53,974 nt of DNA, taken from positions 1 through 53,974 of the forward strand of contig JAGWAC010000004.1 in NCBI GenBank assembly GCA_018302125.1, read 5' to 3'. The notes below the pieces were generated by a model, which saw only the letters and a program-made list of their open reading frames with translations, was not told where the DNA came from and ran no database searches. The stretch is from Candidatus Woesearchaeota archaeon (GTDB taxonomy: Archaea > Nanobdellota > Nanobdellia > SCGC-AAA011-G17 > JACPIM01). A program made the position numbers and the translations under genes. This document shows, piece after piece, positions 39,618-49,591 of the stretch; positions within the stretch are counted from its first letter, which is position 1; every line of letters begins with the position of its first letter.

Positions 39618-39636
39618 TATATCTATTTTTGATATA
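39618..39636. promoter_or_regulatory. Inverted repeat TATATC-N7-GATATA, candidate operator
   Basis: Perfect 6-bp IR between divergent SHOCT and PadR genes; degenerate copy TATGTC-N7-GATAGG at 42502-42520 at the copA start. Confidence 0.4.
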
Positions 39637-39682
39637 TCAGAACAAAGGAAAGTATATAAATATTTCCAATATTAATTTTAAG

Positions 39683-40090
39683 ATGAAGAAAATAAAAATA
39701 ATAAATTTAGTAAAATTTTACACTCTTTTGTTTTTATACAAGCAGCCAATGTGCGGCTATGAACTAATTAAACAGCTTGAGAAATGCACTGGAAAGAAAA
39801 TAAGCGCTAGCCATGTTTATCCATTTTTAAGTCTTTTAAAGAAAAACAAGATAATCTTGATTAAGAAAAAAGGAGAAAGGGGGAAAAAAGACTATGCTTT
39901 AACAAAAGAAGGAAGGTACTTTACCAAAAGATTGATTGACAAATTTGCACAATTAATTGAGTTTGACAAAAAAATCAAAATATGTGTAAGCTGCGGATGT
40001 AAATTACTCAATGGGGAATACAAAGAGAAAATTGGAAATAAAATTTTGTGTTTTTGCTGCAAATACTGCGCCAAAAATTATAGACATTAA
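39683..40090 (+). CDS. PadR-family regulator with C-terminal TRASH-like metal-binding domain
   Basis: GYELIK, VYPFL, KKDYALTKEG; CVSCGC...FCCKYC. Confidence 0.88.
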   Translation: MKKIKIINLVKFYTLLFLYKQPMCGYELIKQLEKCTGKKISASHVYPFLSLLKKNKIILIKKKGERGKKDYALTKEGRYFTKRLIDKFAQLIEFDKKIKICVSCGCKLLNGEYKEKIGNKILCFCCKYCAKNYRH

Positions 40091-40096
40091 TATATT

Positions 40097-42502
40097 TTAT
40101 GGCTTATAGAACTTCATCAATAAGGAATTAGAGACCACTGATACTGAGGAAAAGGCCATTGCAGCTGCGGCTATCATTGGATTTAATAAAAATCCTGAAA
40201 AAGGGTATAAAACTCCGGCAGCTATTGGAATTCCCGCTGTATTATAGAAAAATGCCCAAAATAAATTTTGCTTAATTTTCCTTAGTGTTTTCTCTGATAT
40301 TTTAATTGCTATTGCAACGTCTCTTAAATCGTTCTTCATCAAAACTATGGTGCCTGTCTCCAGTGCAACATCTGTTCCAGAACCTATTGCAACTCCAACA
40401 TCTGCTTGGGCTAACATTGGTGCATCATTTATACCATCACCGACTGTGATTACCTTTCTACCAATGCTTTGCAGTTTTTTAACTTCCAATGCTTTGTTTT
40501 CAGGAAGAACTCCTGCAAGAACCTTGTCTATTCCTGCAATTGAAGCAATTGCTCTTGCTGTTCTTTCATTGTCGCCAGTAATCATTATAACTTCTTTGCC
40601 TAATTTCTTGAATATTTCAACTGCTTCTGTTGAATGTTCTTTTAATGTATCTGCCACAGCAATTATGCCGGCAATTCTTTTGTTTATTGCCAATATCATT
40701 ACAGTCTTTCCATGATCTTCCAGCCCAATAATAATTTCTTCTTCTTTTTTAAAAGAAATATTATTTTCCTCCATTAGTTTTCTGTTTCCCAGGTGAATTT
40801 TTCTAATACCAATATTTCCAATAACACCAAGGCCAGGAACTGCCTTGAAACTTTTGGCATCTTCCAAACTTATTTTCTTTAGCTCGGCTTTATTTAAAAT
40901 AGCTTCTGCAAGCGGGTGTTCTGATTTTTTTTCTAGTGAAGCTGCAGATTTCAACACATCTTCTTCTGAATAATTATTTAACGGAAATACATCTGTTACT
41001 TCTGGATGACCTTTTGTCAGAGTTCCTGTTTTATCCAAAACAATTGTATCTGCTTTATGGACTATCTCCAATACTTCGGCATTTTTAATTAAAATCCCAT
41101 TCTCAGCTCCTTTTCCTGTTCCAACAATGATTGCTGTTGGTGTTGCCAACCCCAATGCACAAGGGCAAGCTATGATTAATACAGCTATGAAATTGGCAAG
41201 AGCAAATGTAAACTCTTTTTCAAATATAAAATACCAAGTGAAAAATGTCAAAAATCCAATAATTAAAACGCCGACTACAAAATATTTGGAGATTATATCA
41301 GCCAACCTCTGGATTGGGGCTTTGCTTCCCTGGGCTTCTTCAACAAAATTAATTATCTGGCTTAAAACTGTATCTTTACCTATCTTAGTCGCCTTAAAAA
41401 CAAAATGGCCGTGCTTATTTATAGTTCCGCCTATAACTTGGGATTTAACTCTTTTTTCCACTGGAATACTCTCTCCAGTGATCATTGACTCATCAACAGA
41501 AGAATCCCCTTTTACTATAACTCCGTCAACAGGAATTTTCTCTCCTGGTTTAATAGAAATTAAATCATTTATTTCAACTTCTTCTATTGATATTGTAATT
41601 TCTTTATTGTTCCTTATTACAGTTGCTGTTTTGGGCTGCAAACCAATTAACTTTTTTATTGCTTCTGATGCTTTCCCCTTTGCTTTTGCTTCAAGCCATT
41701 TACCAAGCATAATAAATGTAATTATAACTGCAGCAATGTCAAAATAAAGATCAGAACCAAATGTTTCTGGTGAGAAAACACCAAGAACACTATAAAAATA
41801 AGCTGCGCTAGTTCCAAGAACTATTAGGGTATCCATGTTTGCGCTTTTTACTTTTAATGTAGTAAATGCACTTTTATAAAATCTGTAACCAATAACAAAT
41901 TGAATTGGCGTTGCCAATATGAAAAGGGCTATTTCTCTATATAAAAAATCTATTTTAAAAAATTCATAGAAAGCAAGGATAGACAAAGGTATTGTCAAGA
42001 TCAAGGAAAATATGAATAGATTTTTCAATTTTCTTATTTCAGCTGCCCTAACTTCCTTTTCTCTGTCCAAAGATGTTTCTTCTACAGCCTCATAACCAGC
42101 TGATTTTATTGTCTTGATTATATCTAAAGAGGACATTTTTTCTGGATTATATCTTATAACTGCTTTTTCATTCTGGCTTAAGTTTGCTTCAATAATTGAA
42201 TCTTTGAATTTTGCCAAAGAATTGCGGACAGACATAATGCAGTGCTCATTATCCATTCCAATTACCTTTAAATGAAGAACCCCCTGCTTGTCTTCAGAAT
42301 CAAGAACTTCATATCCTGCCCGGTTTACTGCCTGGACAAACAAATTTTCATCAGCATTTTCATATTCTATAGATGCTTTTTCTGTTGCAAAGTTAACATT
42401 AGCATTAATTACACCAGAAACTTTTTTAAGCTTTTTTTCTATAATGGTTGCACAACTTGCGCAATGCATTCCCTTTATTTTGAGGACTTTTTTCCTAACC
42501 AT
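40097..42502 (-). CDS. copA: Cu(I)-translocating P1B-type ATPase
   Basis: GMHCASC HMA, TGES, CPCALG, DKTGT, SEHP, GDGIND, YN, MAFSS. Confidence 0.97.
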   Translation of the reverse strand: MVRKKVLKIKGMHCASCATIIEKKLKKVSGVINANVNFATEKASIEYENADENLFVQAVNRAGYEVLDSEDKQGVLHLKVIGMDNEHCIMSVRNSLAKFKDSIIEANLSQNEKAVIRYNPEKMSSLDIIKTIKSAGYEAVEETSLDREKEVRAAEIRKLKNLFIFSLILTIPLSILAFYEFFKIDFLYREIALFILATPIQFVIGYRFYKSAFTTLKVKSANMDTLIVLGTSAAYFYSVLGVFSPETFGSDLYFDIAAVIITFIMLGKWLEAKAKGKASEAIKKLIGLQPKTATVIRNNKEITISIEEVEINDLISIKPGEKIPVDGVIVKGDSSVDESMITGESIPVEKRVKSQVIGGTINKHGHFVFKATKIGKDTVLSQIINFVEEAQGSKAPIQRLADIISKYFVVGVLIIGFLTFFTWYFIFEKEFTFALANFIAVLIIACPCALGLATPTAIIVGTGKGAENGILIKNAEVLEIVHKADTIVLDKTGTLTKGHPEVTDVFPLNNYSEEDVLKSAASLEKKSEHPLAEAILNKAELKKISLEDAKSFKAVPGLGVIGNIGIRKIHLGNRKLMEENNISFKKEEEIIIGLEDHGKTVMILAINKRIAGIIAVADTLKEHSTEAVEIFKKLGKEVIMITGDNERTARAIASIAGIDKVLAGVLPENKALEVKKLQSIGRKVITVGDGINDAPMLAQADVGVAIGSGTDVALETGTIVLMKNDLRDVAIAIKISEKTLRKIKQNLFWAFFYNTAGIPIAAGVLYPFSGFLLNPMIAAAAMAFSSVSVVSNSLLMKFYKP

Positions 42503-42619
42503 ATGTCAAAATCTGATAGGTCTTATATATAAATATATCTTTTGCCTTTAATTAACTAATGTTAAGAATTTTTAAATAGATTTATATAAATAAAGCTTTT
42601 TATATTTTTTGGTGAAATC

Positions 42620-43968
42620 ATAAAAAAGAAGAGTTATCATCTTAAAAAAGAACTAGGTTTATTTGAACTTTGTCTTTATGGGGTTGGAATTATTTTAGGC
42701 GCTGGAATTTATTCTTTGATTGGGGTTGGCGCGGGAATTGCAGGAAATGCGATCTGGCTTTCCTTCATTATGGCTGCGGTAAGCTTTCCTTCATTATGGC
42801 TGCGGTAATTGCTTCTTTTTCTGGATTAAGCTATGCTGAATTAAGCTCAATGTATCCGAAAGAGGCTGCAGAATATAATTATGTAAAAAACTCATTTAAG
42901 AGAAGATATTTCTCCTTTATAATAGGATGGCTGATGATTTTTGCAAGCATTGTTGCTGCAGTTACTGTCATCTTTGGTTTCTCAGGTTATTTTACACATA
43001 TTTTTGGCGGCAATTTAACTTTTGTTGCTTTGATTACAGTGCTAGTTCTTTCATTAATAAATTATGTTGGTATAAAAGAGTCTTCAACATTTAATATTAT
43101 TTCAACTATAATAGAAACCATAGGACTATTAATTGTTATTGGCGTCGGAATTTATTTTTATTTAAAAAACGGGCTTGGAATTGATATCTTTGAAACTCCA
43201 GGAAATTCTTTTTTCACCCCGATACTGACTGCAACATCAGTTATATTTTTTGCATATCTTGGCTTTGAGGATATTGTGAATGTTTCTGAGGAAACAAAAA
43301 ATGCAAAAAAAGTTGTGCCAAAAGCATTAGTGTTTGCAATAATAATTTCAACAATACTTTATATCTTGGTTTCTTTTGCTGCTGTCAGCATTGTCGGCTG
43401 GGAAAAACTGGCACAAAGCAAAGCCCCATTAACAGAAGCTGTTGCAGAGGTAATTCCTAATTCTGATTTTCTTTTTTCATTAATAGCAATGTTTGCAACA
43501 GCAAATACAGCCTTGATATTATTAATTGTCGGTTCAAGAATAATGTATGGCATGGCATCTGACAACAGCCTGCCAAAAATATTTTCAAAAGTTGGAGAAA
43601 GAGGAACACCTTATTTTTCTGTTATTTTTATAACAATAGTCTCTCTAATTATAGCTTTAATAGGAAATATAAAATCAGTGGCAATGCTGACTGACATAAG
43701 CCTGTTTATAGTTTATGCATTTGTCAACTCTTCATTAATTTTATTAAGATATAAAAAACCAAACATGAAAAGGAGTTTTATGACTCCGCTTAACATAGGG
43801 AAGTTCCCAATGTTGGCTCTTTTCGGATTATTGTCTTCAATATTCATGCTCTTCTTTTTTGAGAAATCAATCATATTTATAGAATTGGGCTTGATTTTGG
43901 CAGGATATTTATTATATAAAATATTTGTAAAGGAGAAAAACCAAAATAAAAAAAGGAGGAAAAAATGA
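42620..43968 (+). pseudogene. APC amino acid permease, frameshifted by a 26-bp tandem duplication
   Basis: Upstream frame encodes LKKELGLFELCLYGVGIILGAGIYSLIG; downstream frame has SYAELSS, FFAYLGFE, SEE; GGTGA is followed by ATA rather than ATG. Confidence 0.85.
42757..42808 (+). repeat. Perfect 26-bp tandem duplication
   Basis: GCTTTCCTTCATTATGGCTGCGGTAA at 42757-42782 and 42783-42808. Confidence 0.97.
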
Positions 43969-44231
43969 AATTAAAAAAACAAAATTTTGCGCTTGCAGCT
44001 GGTGCAACAATGGGAATAATATATGTTGTTTGTGCTATATTTGTTACTTTATGGCCTGATTTTGCGCTTAGGTTATTTGGCTGGCTAGTGCATTTAGTAA
44101 ATCTGGATAAATTTGCAGGTGATGTAAGAATAACATTAACAGGGTTTGTTATTGGGCTTTTGCAGGCAGTGATTTATACTTATGTTGGAGCTCTATTATT
44201 TGGTTGGCTACACAACAAATTTTTAAAGTAA
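43965..44231 (+). CDS. Small 2-TM membrane protein (DUF5676-like)
   Basis: YVVCAIFV..P...GWLVH, C-terminal HNKF pattern. Confidence 0.65.
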   Translation: MKLKKQNFALAAGATMGIIYVVCAIFVTLWPDFALRLFGWLVHLVNLDKFAGDVRITLTGFVIGLLQAVIYTYVGALLFGWLHNKFLK

Positions 44232-44294
44232 ATTTATTTTTATTTAATTTTAGACTGATTTAGATAGTCTTTTTTATGCAAAAATAATTTTTAT

Positions 44295-45665
44295 TCATAT
44301 TACTTTAATTATACCTGGACCAGCCATGCCCATTGAGCAACTGAATTTTATCGAGCCTTCTTTTTCAGGAACAAAATTTATTGTTTTTATCTGGTTTCTT
44401 GGCAAGTAGTCATTTATTCCTAAACTAGGCACTAAAAAAGTCTGTGCACATCCTGTTGCCCTCCTTCCATCAATACGCCATTCAACTGGAATTCCCTTTT
44501 TAACTGTAAATTTGGAGGGATAATAATCTAGACCTTCTACTTTCATTTCTATAACTTGTTTTCCTTCAACAAGTTTTGCGCTTGAATCTGTTGTTGGCGA
44601 CTGTGCATTTGCTGAAGGCAGAAATGAATCAAAATTAAACGGGCTGCCAGTTAATGTAAGACCATAACTCATATTTGTAAAACCAAGAATTATTATTAAT
44701 ACAGCAACAAATTTTGTAAAATATCTCTTGAATGTTCCTTGGGAATAGCTTGTTAAATAACCAGTTGACAATAAAGCTGGCAAGGTTCCCAGAGAAAAGG
44801 CAAACATGCTTAAAGAACCAACTAAAAAACTTCCTGTACTTAAAACATATAATTGCAAGGCCTGAGTAAAACCACAAGGTAGAAAAAATGTTGAAGAGCC
44901 AAAAAAGAATGGAGCTGATTTAGAATTTGATACTGACAAATTATGGATTTTGTGCACTACTAATTTGGGCATCTTTATTTTTAATCTATTTGTAAAAGAG
45001 AAAATATTCAGAATCTGAAAACCTAAACTAAGCATGATTATGCTTACAAATATTGTTATGAATCCTGATGCTTTTGGTGATATTTTGAATATTGATCCTA
45101 CTGCCCCCAAAAGCCCGCCTAATAATGTATATGAAAATATTCTTCCAACATTAAAATAAATGTGCGGCTTGAATTTTTGTTTTGGTGTTAAATCCGGATG
45201 TGCTTCATTATATTTTGTTGCTATTCCAAGCAACAGGCCGCCTGAAACTGCCATGCATGTTGAAAAAGCAGCAACCAATCCTATTAAAAAAATAAATCCA
45301 TAACTCATATTTTCAGAAATTCCCAGATTTGGAAGTATATCAAACTGCTTAAACAACAAATAAATTCCAAGAAGAATCAGAAAAATAGCACCAATTTCAA
45401 GATGATCTTTTTTTATTTTTATTATGCTTTTATTTTTATCTTCTACATTCTGTTTTTTTTCAGTAACCATGTATTTTGTATCTTTTAGTGCTTCTTGTAT
45501 CTGTGTTATTGATGGTACTTCAGTACAAGTTAATATTGCTTTTCCAGCTGAGTGATTTACTTCTGCTTTTAAGATTCCATTTATTGTTTTTAATTTTCTT
45601 TCTAAAAGAACTTCGCAACTAGAACAGGTCATACCAGAAATTTTTAATTCTATTTTTTCTGTCAT
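44295..45665 (-). CDS. HMA + DsbD_2 (TauE/SafE-like) + cupredoxin-domain membrane protein
   Basis: GMTCSSC; STCMAVSGG, GRIFSY, LPCGFTQ; C-terminal GCA...FSCSMGM. Confidence 0.9.
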   Translation of the reverse strand: MTEKIELKISGMTCSSCEVLLERKLKTINGILKAEVNHSAGKAILTCTEVPSITQIQEALKDTKYMVTEKKQNVEDKNKSIIKIKKDHLEIGAIFLILLGIYLLFKQFDILPNLGISENMSYGFIFLIGLVAAFSTCMAVSGGLLLGIATKYNEAHPDLTPKQKFKPHIYFNVGRIFSYTLLGGLLGAVGSIFKISPKASGFITIFVSIIMLSLGFQILNIFSFTNRLKIKMPKLVVHKIHNLSVSNSKSAPFFFGSSTFFLPCGFTQALQLYVLSTGSFLVGSLSMFAFSLGTLPALLSTGYLTSYSQGTFKRYFTKFVAVLIIILGFTNMSYGLTLTGSPFNFDSFLPSANAQSPTTDSSAKLVEGKQVIEMKVEGLDYYPSKFTVKKGIPVEWRIDGRRATGCAQTFLVPSLGINDYLPRNQIKTINFVPEKEGSIKFSCSMGMAGPGIIKVI

Positions 45666-45859
45666 TCTAATTTATATCCTAGTTTTTCTATTACTTCCTT
45701 TATTTTATTTAGATTAGTTTGTTTTTCATCAAATTCAATATTTAGTATTCCTGTTCTATAGCTTACTTCTGCTTTTACATTTATGTCCTGAAGGTCTTCT
45801 TTAATTAGTTCTTCACAGCTTTTACAGTGCATTCCTTTTACATTTAATTTTAATTTCAT
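45662..45859 (-). CDS. copZ: CopZ-like HMA copper chaperone
   Basis: VKGMHCKSC...LGY; ATG at 45859. Confidence 0.88.
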   Translation of the reverse strand: MKLKLNVKGMHCKSCEELIKEDLQDINVKAEVSYRTGILNIEFDEKQTNLNKIKEVIEKLGYKLE

Positions 45860-45978
45860 AATTCTCAGTGAAATATCAAAATTGGATATATAATCTTTTT
45901 GGTTGTTGTAAGGGTTACGAGAGAAAAGCATTTAAACTGACATCTATATTAGAAAATAAATTTTATACAAAAAAAACA

Positions 45979-46521
45979 ATGGCAAAAAACATAGCACTTG
46001 GATTAATTTTGGTTGGCATTGCTATAATTTTTTTAATATCAATTTCAATATTTAAATTACAAATAAATAGTTTGACTAATGCATTAATGGTAGAAAGCGG
46101 GGGAACATGCATAATAGAAGGAAAATGTCTTCATGAAAAAAGCAACACACCAGTTTATATTGGGGTTGCCATAACTTTTGTTACTTTATCCCTGGGATTA
46201 TATCTTATCTTTTTTGAAAAAGGCCAAAAATATACTGAAGAAGCTTACAAAGAAATTGCAAATTCTCTGAAAGAATCAAAGAAAAAAGAAAATAAAGACG
46301 AGAAATTTAATTTTTTATTAAAGGCTCTTAATGATGATGAAAAAAATATTATGACTGCAATCAGAGACCAGAATGGAATAGAACAGGCTACTTTAAGAAT
46401 AAGAACTGATTTAAGCAAAACCAAGCTCAGCGTTCTTCTTAGTGAACTTGAGAAAAAAGGCCTTTTAAAGAAAGTAGCTGAAGGCAAAAAGAACAAAGTT
46501 TACCTTAAAATGTATATTTGA
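45979..46521 (+). CDS. Membrane-anchored winged-HTH transcription regulator
   Basis: Two TM helices flanking CIIEGKCLH; C-terminal GIEQATLRIRTDLSKTKLS.LL.ELEKKG...GKKNKV. Confidence 0.8.
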   Translation: MAKNIALGLILVGIAIIFLISISIFKLQINSLTNALMVESGGTCIIEGKCLHEKSNTPVYIGVAITFVTLSLGLYLIFFEKGQKYTEEAYKEIANSLKESKKKENKDEKFNFLLKALNDDEKNIMTAIRDQNGIEQATLRIRTDLSKTKLSVLLSELEKKGLLKKVAEGKKNKVYLKMYI

Positions 46522-46638
46522 ACGATTTGGAACAAGAATTCTGCATTTTTGAACAAAAACTGGGTGTTTGTTCTGGAAGTAAGATATTTATATTTACTTA
46601 GTTGAATTTTGTTTAAGATTTTATGAGGTGAAATTAAA

Positions 46639-47403
46639 TTGGAAAAAATGGAAGAAAAGCAAAATAAAATAAAATTTGTTAAAATTATGAATATTTTATT
46701 GGTTTTTGGCTTAATTTTTGCTCTTTACAGCCAATTTCAATTACTTTCTATAAGAGCTGTAAATTCAGATGGTTTGGAAAATGCCAATGGCGCAGTTTTT
46801 GCTTCTAGCGAGGTATTACCTGTTGGCGTGCCAAGGATATATGGCCAGAAACTTGGGATTAAATATGATTTTGTAAGCTCAAATAATCAGCAGCTGGCTG
46901 ATCAGACAATAGAAGTCTTAGGAAATCTTGACAGAACTATAAATTTAGAAGGGAAGAACTTAGAAAGATATGTTGATATTGTTTCTGAAATAAGCTGTGA
47001 ATATTGCTGCGGCGCCAAGTCAATAATTGTAAGAAAAGAGGATGTTGCAGAAATGGAGAAGAATATACAAAACGCAATAACTACAGGACAAATAACTGAG
47101 GAAGAAGCAGTCAAGTTCAGAAGAACTGCTGGCGAAGCTGCATGTGGTTGTGCACATTCTTTTGCAATGAGAGGATTAGCAAAATACCTTATTCTAAACA
47201 ATGGAGCTGAATTTACAAATGAAGAGATTTTAAATGAGTTAGGAAAATGGAAGACTTTGTTCTTTCCTGAACAAATGAGTGCCAAAGCAGCAGTAATGAA
47301 AGAAAAGAACATAGAATTTAGTTATGCTAATTTGGGAAGCAACAGATACAGGGGAATAGAACAAGGAGCTACAGCAAGCGGACAAATGGTAGGAGGATGC
47401 TGA
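46639..47403 (+). CDS. Membrane-anchored Cys-rich protein ending in QMVGGC
   Basis: N-terminal TM; CEYCC and ACGCAH motifs; GAGGTG RBS. Confidence 0.8.
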   Translation: MEKMEEKQNKIKFVKIMNILLVFGLIFALYSQFQLLSIRAVNSDGLENANGAVFASSEVLPVGVPRIYGQKLGIKYDFVSSNNQQLADQTIEVLGNLDRTINLEGKNLERYVDIVSEISCEYCCGAKSIIVRKEDVAEMEKNIQNAITTGQITEEEAVKFRRTAGEAACGCAHSFAMRGLAKYLILNNGAEFTNEEILNELGKWKTLFFPEQMSAKAAVMKEKNIEFSYANLGSNRYRGIEQGATASGQMVGGC

Positions 47404-47404
47404 A

Positions 47405-47599
47405 ATGAACAAAAAAATGATAATGCTGATTTTAGCAGTTGTTTTAGTTTTGCTGATTGGAGTACAGGCTTATGAGCTTAATGTACTGAAGAAGAACATT
47501 AATGGCGACTTTGGTTTAGAAACTGGAACATTTTCAAGTGCTACAACAGCAAAACAAAGCAGTCCAGCAGCTGCCTCACAAATGGTAGGGGGATGCTGA
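47405..47599 (+). CDS. Small membrane-anchored protein ending in QMVGGC
   Basis: TM helix, Ser/Thr/Ala linker, same C-terminal motif as the upstream gene. Confidence 0.8.
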   Translation: MNKKMIMLILAVVLVLLIGVQAYELNVLKKNINGDFGLETGTFSSATTAKQSSPAAASQMVGGC

Positions 47600-47600
47600 A

Positions 47601-48068
47601 ATGAAAAATGCTTATATTTTTTCTTTTTTTATTTTGAGCCTTTTAGGTGTATCTATTTATCTTTTGTCTGATAACCAAAATAAAATAGATGGAAATGTTG
47701 GCGAAGTTATTTTATATAAATCAAATACATGTGGTTGTTGCGGAATTTATTATAATTATCTTAGAAACAATATTGGTAATTCTATAAAGGCAGTGAATTT
47801 AGAAGATATGAATGCAATAAAAGAAAAATATACTATACCATTATTTCTCCAGAGCTGTCATACAACAATAATCAGTGGGTATTTTGTTGAGGGGCATATT
47901 CCTATTGAGGCTATTAACAAATTAATTTCAGAAAAACCAAATATAAAAGGAATAGCAATGCCTGGAATGCCTTCAGGTTCACCTGGAATGCCTGGAAAAA
48001 AGATCGGGTCTTTTGATGTTTTTGCTGTTTCAAATGATGGAAAAAGCGAATTATTTATGAGTTTGTGA
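47601..48068 (+). CDS. DUF411 (CopG-like) metal-binding protein
   Basis: YKS.TCGCC, SCHT, GYFVEGHIP, PGMPSGSPGM. Confidence 0.92.
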   Translation: MKNAYIFSFFILSLLGVSIYLLSDNQNKIDGNVGEVILYKSNTCGCCGIYYNYLRNNIGNSIKAVNLEDMNAIKEKYTIPLFLQSCHTTIISGYFVEGHIPIEAINKLISEKPNIKGIAMPGMPSGSPGMPGKKIGSFDVFAVSNDGKSELFMSL

Positions 48069-48075
48069 GGAGAAA

Positions 48076-48594
48076 ATGAAAAAATTTTTTATTTTTACTT
48101 TTTTATTAATATATTTGGATAAAGCGTATGCTCATTGTCCTCTATGCACTGTCGGCGCTGTTGCAGCTGCTGGCGGAGCTGCCTGGTTGGGATTAAGCCA
48201 AATTGTAATTGGCTTATTTATTGGGGCTTTTGCAATTTCTCTTGGATTATGGAGCTCTAGATATCTGAAGAAAAAATATGTTCCAATTCAAAATTTTTTA
48301 ATCGCTCTTTTTTTATTTTTGACAATAGTCTTGCCAGTTTTACCTCTAATGAAAGAGCTTTATCCTTTTTATATAAATATTTCTGGAGATTATGGTTCTT
48401 TGCTAAACAGGACTTATATTATAAATTCTTTTTTAGGTGGGGGCATTATAGGTGGAATTATTGTCTTTTTGTCGCCTTTTGTAAGCATGAAAATTATGAA
48501 ACTGAGAAATAATAAGCTGATCCCTTACCAGGGTGTATTAATCACTTTATTACTCTTAATAATAGCTGGGGTTATATTTCAACTGACATTATGA
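48076..48594 (+). CDS. Membrane protein with AHCPLC motif
   Basis: Signal-like N-terminus then HCPLCT; about 4 TM segments. Confidence 0.75.
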   Translation: MKKFFIFTFLLIYLDKAYAHCPLCTVGAVAAAGGAAWLGLSQIVIGLFIGAFAISLGLWSSRYLKKKYVPIQNFLIALFLFLTIVLPVLPLMKELYPFYINISGDYGSLLNRTYIINSFLGGGIIGGIIVFLSPFVSMKIMKLRNNKLIPYQGVLITLLLLIIAGVIFQLTL

Positions 48595-49016
48595 GCTTTT
48601 TTTATGTCCTTGGGATTATTTCTGTTTTGTTTTTTGTACTACTTTTTATAAAATCTTTTTTCAGACTAAATAATTTCTGTGTTATCTGCGGATCAGTAAG
48701 CTTGACATGGATATTGCTTTTAATTTTATACTGGTCTGGATATTTTAAAAATACATTAATTATTGCCTTACTTGCTGGACAGAGCATTCTTGGATTATTT
48801 TATTTATTTGAAAAAAAACTAGAGATGTTTCGCCTACCTTTTCTGCTTACTTTAACTTTTTTTGGATATTCTTTGTTTGGCGTTTATGATGGAATAAAAG
48901 AAAGTGTAATTTTCCTGCTTATTTTGTGGTTATTGTTTTTTGTTTTATACTATTATCAAGACAAAAATATGAAGTCATTTGTCAAAAAAATAATAGAGTG
49001 CTGCAGAAATTGGTAA
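48591..49016 (+). CDS. Membrane protein with CVIC and C-terminal ECCRNW
   Basis: ATGA overlap with upstream gene; about 5 TM segments. Confidence 0.75.
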   Translation: MSFFYVLGIISVLFFVLLFIKSFFRLNNFCVICGSVSLTWILLLILYWSGYFKNTLIIALLAGQSILGLFYLFEKKLEMFRLPFLLTLTFFGYSLFGVYDGIKESVIFLLILWLLFFVLYYYQDKNMKSFVKKIIECCRNW

Positions 49017-49591
49017 ACAGTAGGAATGAAAAAAACAGCAGAAGCAAGGAGAGAAAACCATTAATTTATGGTTTTCTTGGCGGAATTCTCTTAATTAGTT
49101 TTTATTTTTTTGTACTTAGTTTTGCAAACAGTTTCCAGCATGCTATGCAGGAATTTCTAAAATTATGGTATTTTATACTTCCAATTGTAGCTGGATTTGG
49201 AACCCAGGTTGGATTGTATTTTTATATAAGATCTTTTACAAATAGGATAAACTTAAATGGGGAAGTTATGGCTACTGGGGGGGTTTCTGGTGGCTCAATG
49301 ATTATCTGCTGTGTTCACCATCTTTTTGATATTCTTCCAATTATTGGGCTAAGTGCATTTTCGTTATTTTTAGTAAATTATCAGACAAGTTTTCTTTTGT
49401 TTGGAATCTTGTCCAATTTTGTTGGATTAAGCATGATTCTAGGAATTATACAAAGAAATAATCTTTATACTAAAAATAATGGCTTCTTAAGAAAGCTGAT
49501 GTTTTTAAATTATGACAGAACAGTTTATTATGTACTAGGAATTTCTGCTCTGATTTTTTTAACTAAATTAATTTCAACGAGGTGGTTTTAA
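48926..49591 (+). CDS. Membrane protein with CCVHH motif (true start probably near 49010)
   Basis: GFGTQVGLY, SMIICCVHHL.D.LP; several TM segments. Confidence 0.75.
   Translation: MVIVFCFILLSRQKYEVICQKNNRVLQKLVNSRNEKNSRSKERKPLIYGFLGGILLISFYFFVLSFANSFQHAMQEFLKLWYFILPIVAGFGTQVGLYFYIRSFTNRINLNGEVMATGGVSGGSMIICCVHHLFDILPIIGLSAFSLFLVNYQTSFLLFGILSNFVGLSMILGIIQRNNLYTKNNGFLRKLMFLNYDRTVYYVLGISALIFLTKLISTRWF

Noticed and set aside
40347-42551. Several plus-strand ORFs up to 206 aa; similar shadow ORFs at 870, 6626, 28938, 29283, 30861, 36649, 39232 and 46902
   Set aside because: Antisense shadows of well-supported genes, with no motifs
46519-46575. GAAC-rich imperfect repeats upstream of the Cys-rich operon as an operator
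   Set aside because: Short and imperfect, with no clear second copy at the divergent copZ promoter
47398-47605. Selenocysteine read-through of GGC-TGA in the two MVGGC genes (resembling the GCUG tail of thioredoxin reductase)
   Set aside because: Each TGA is followed one base later by the next gene's ATG with an RBS; the read-through frame gives nothing protein-like and no SECIS-like hairpin was seen
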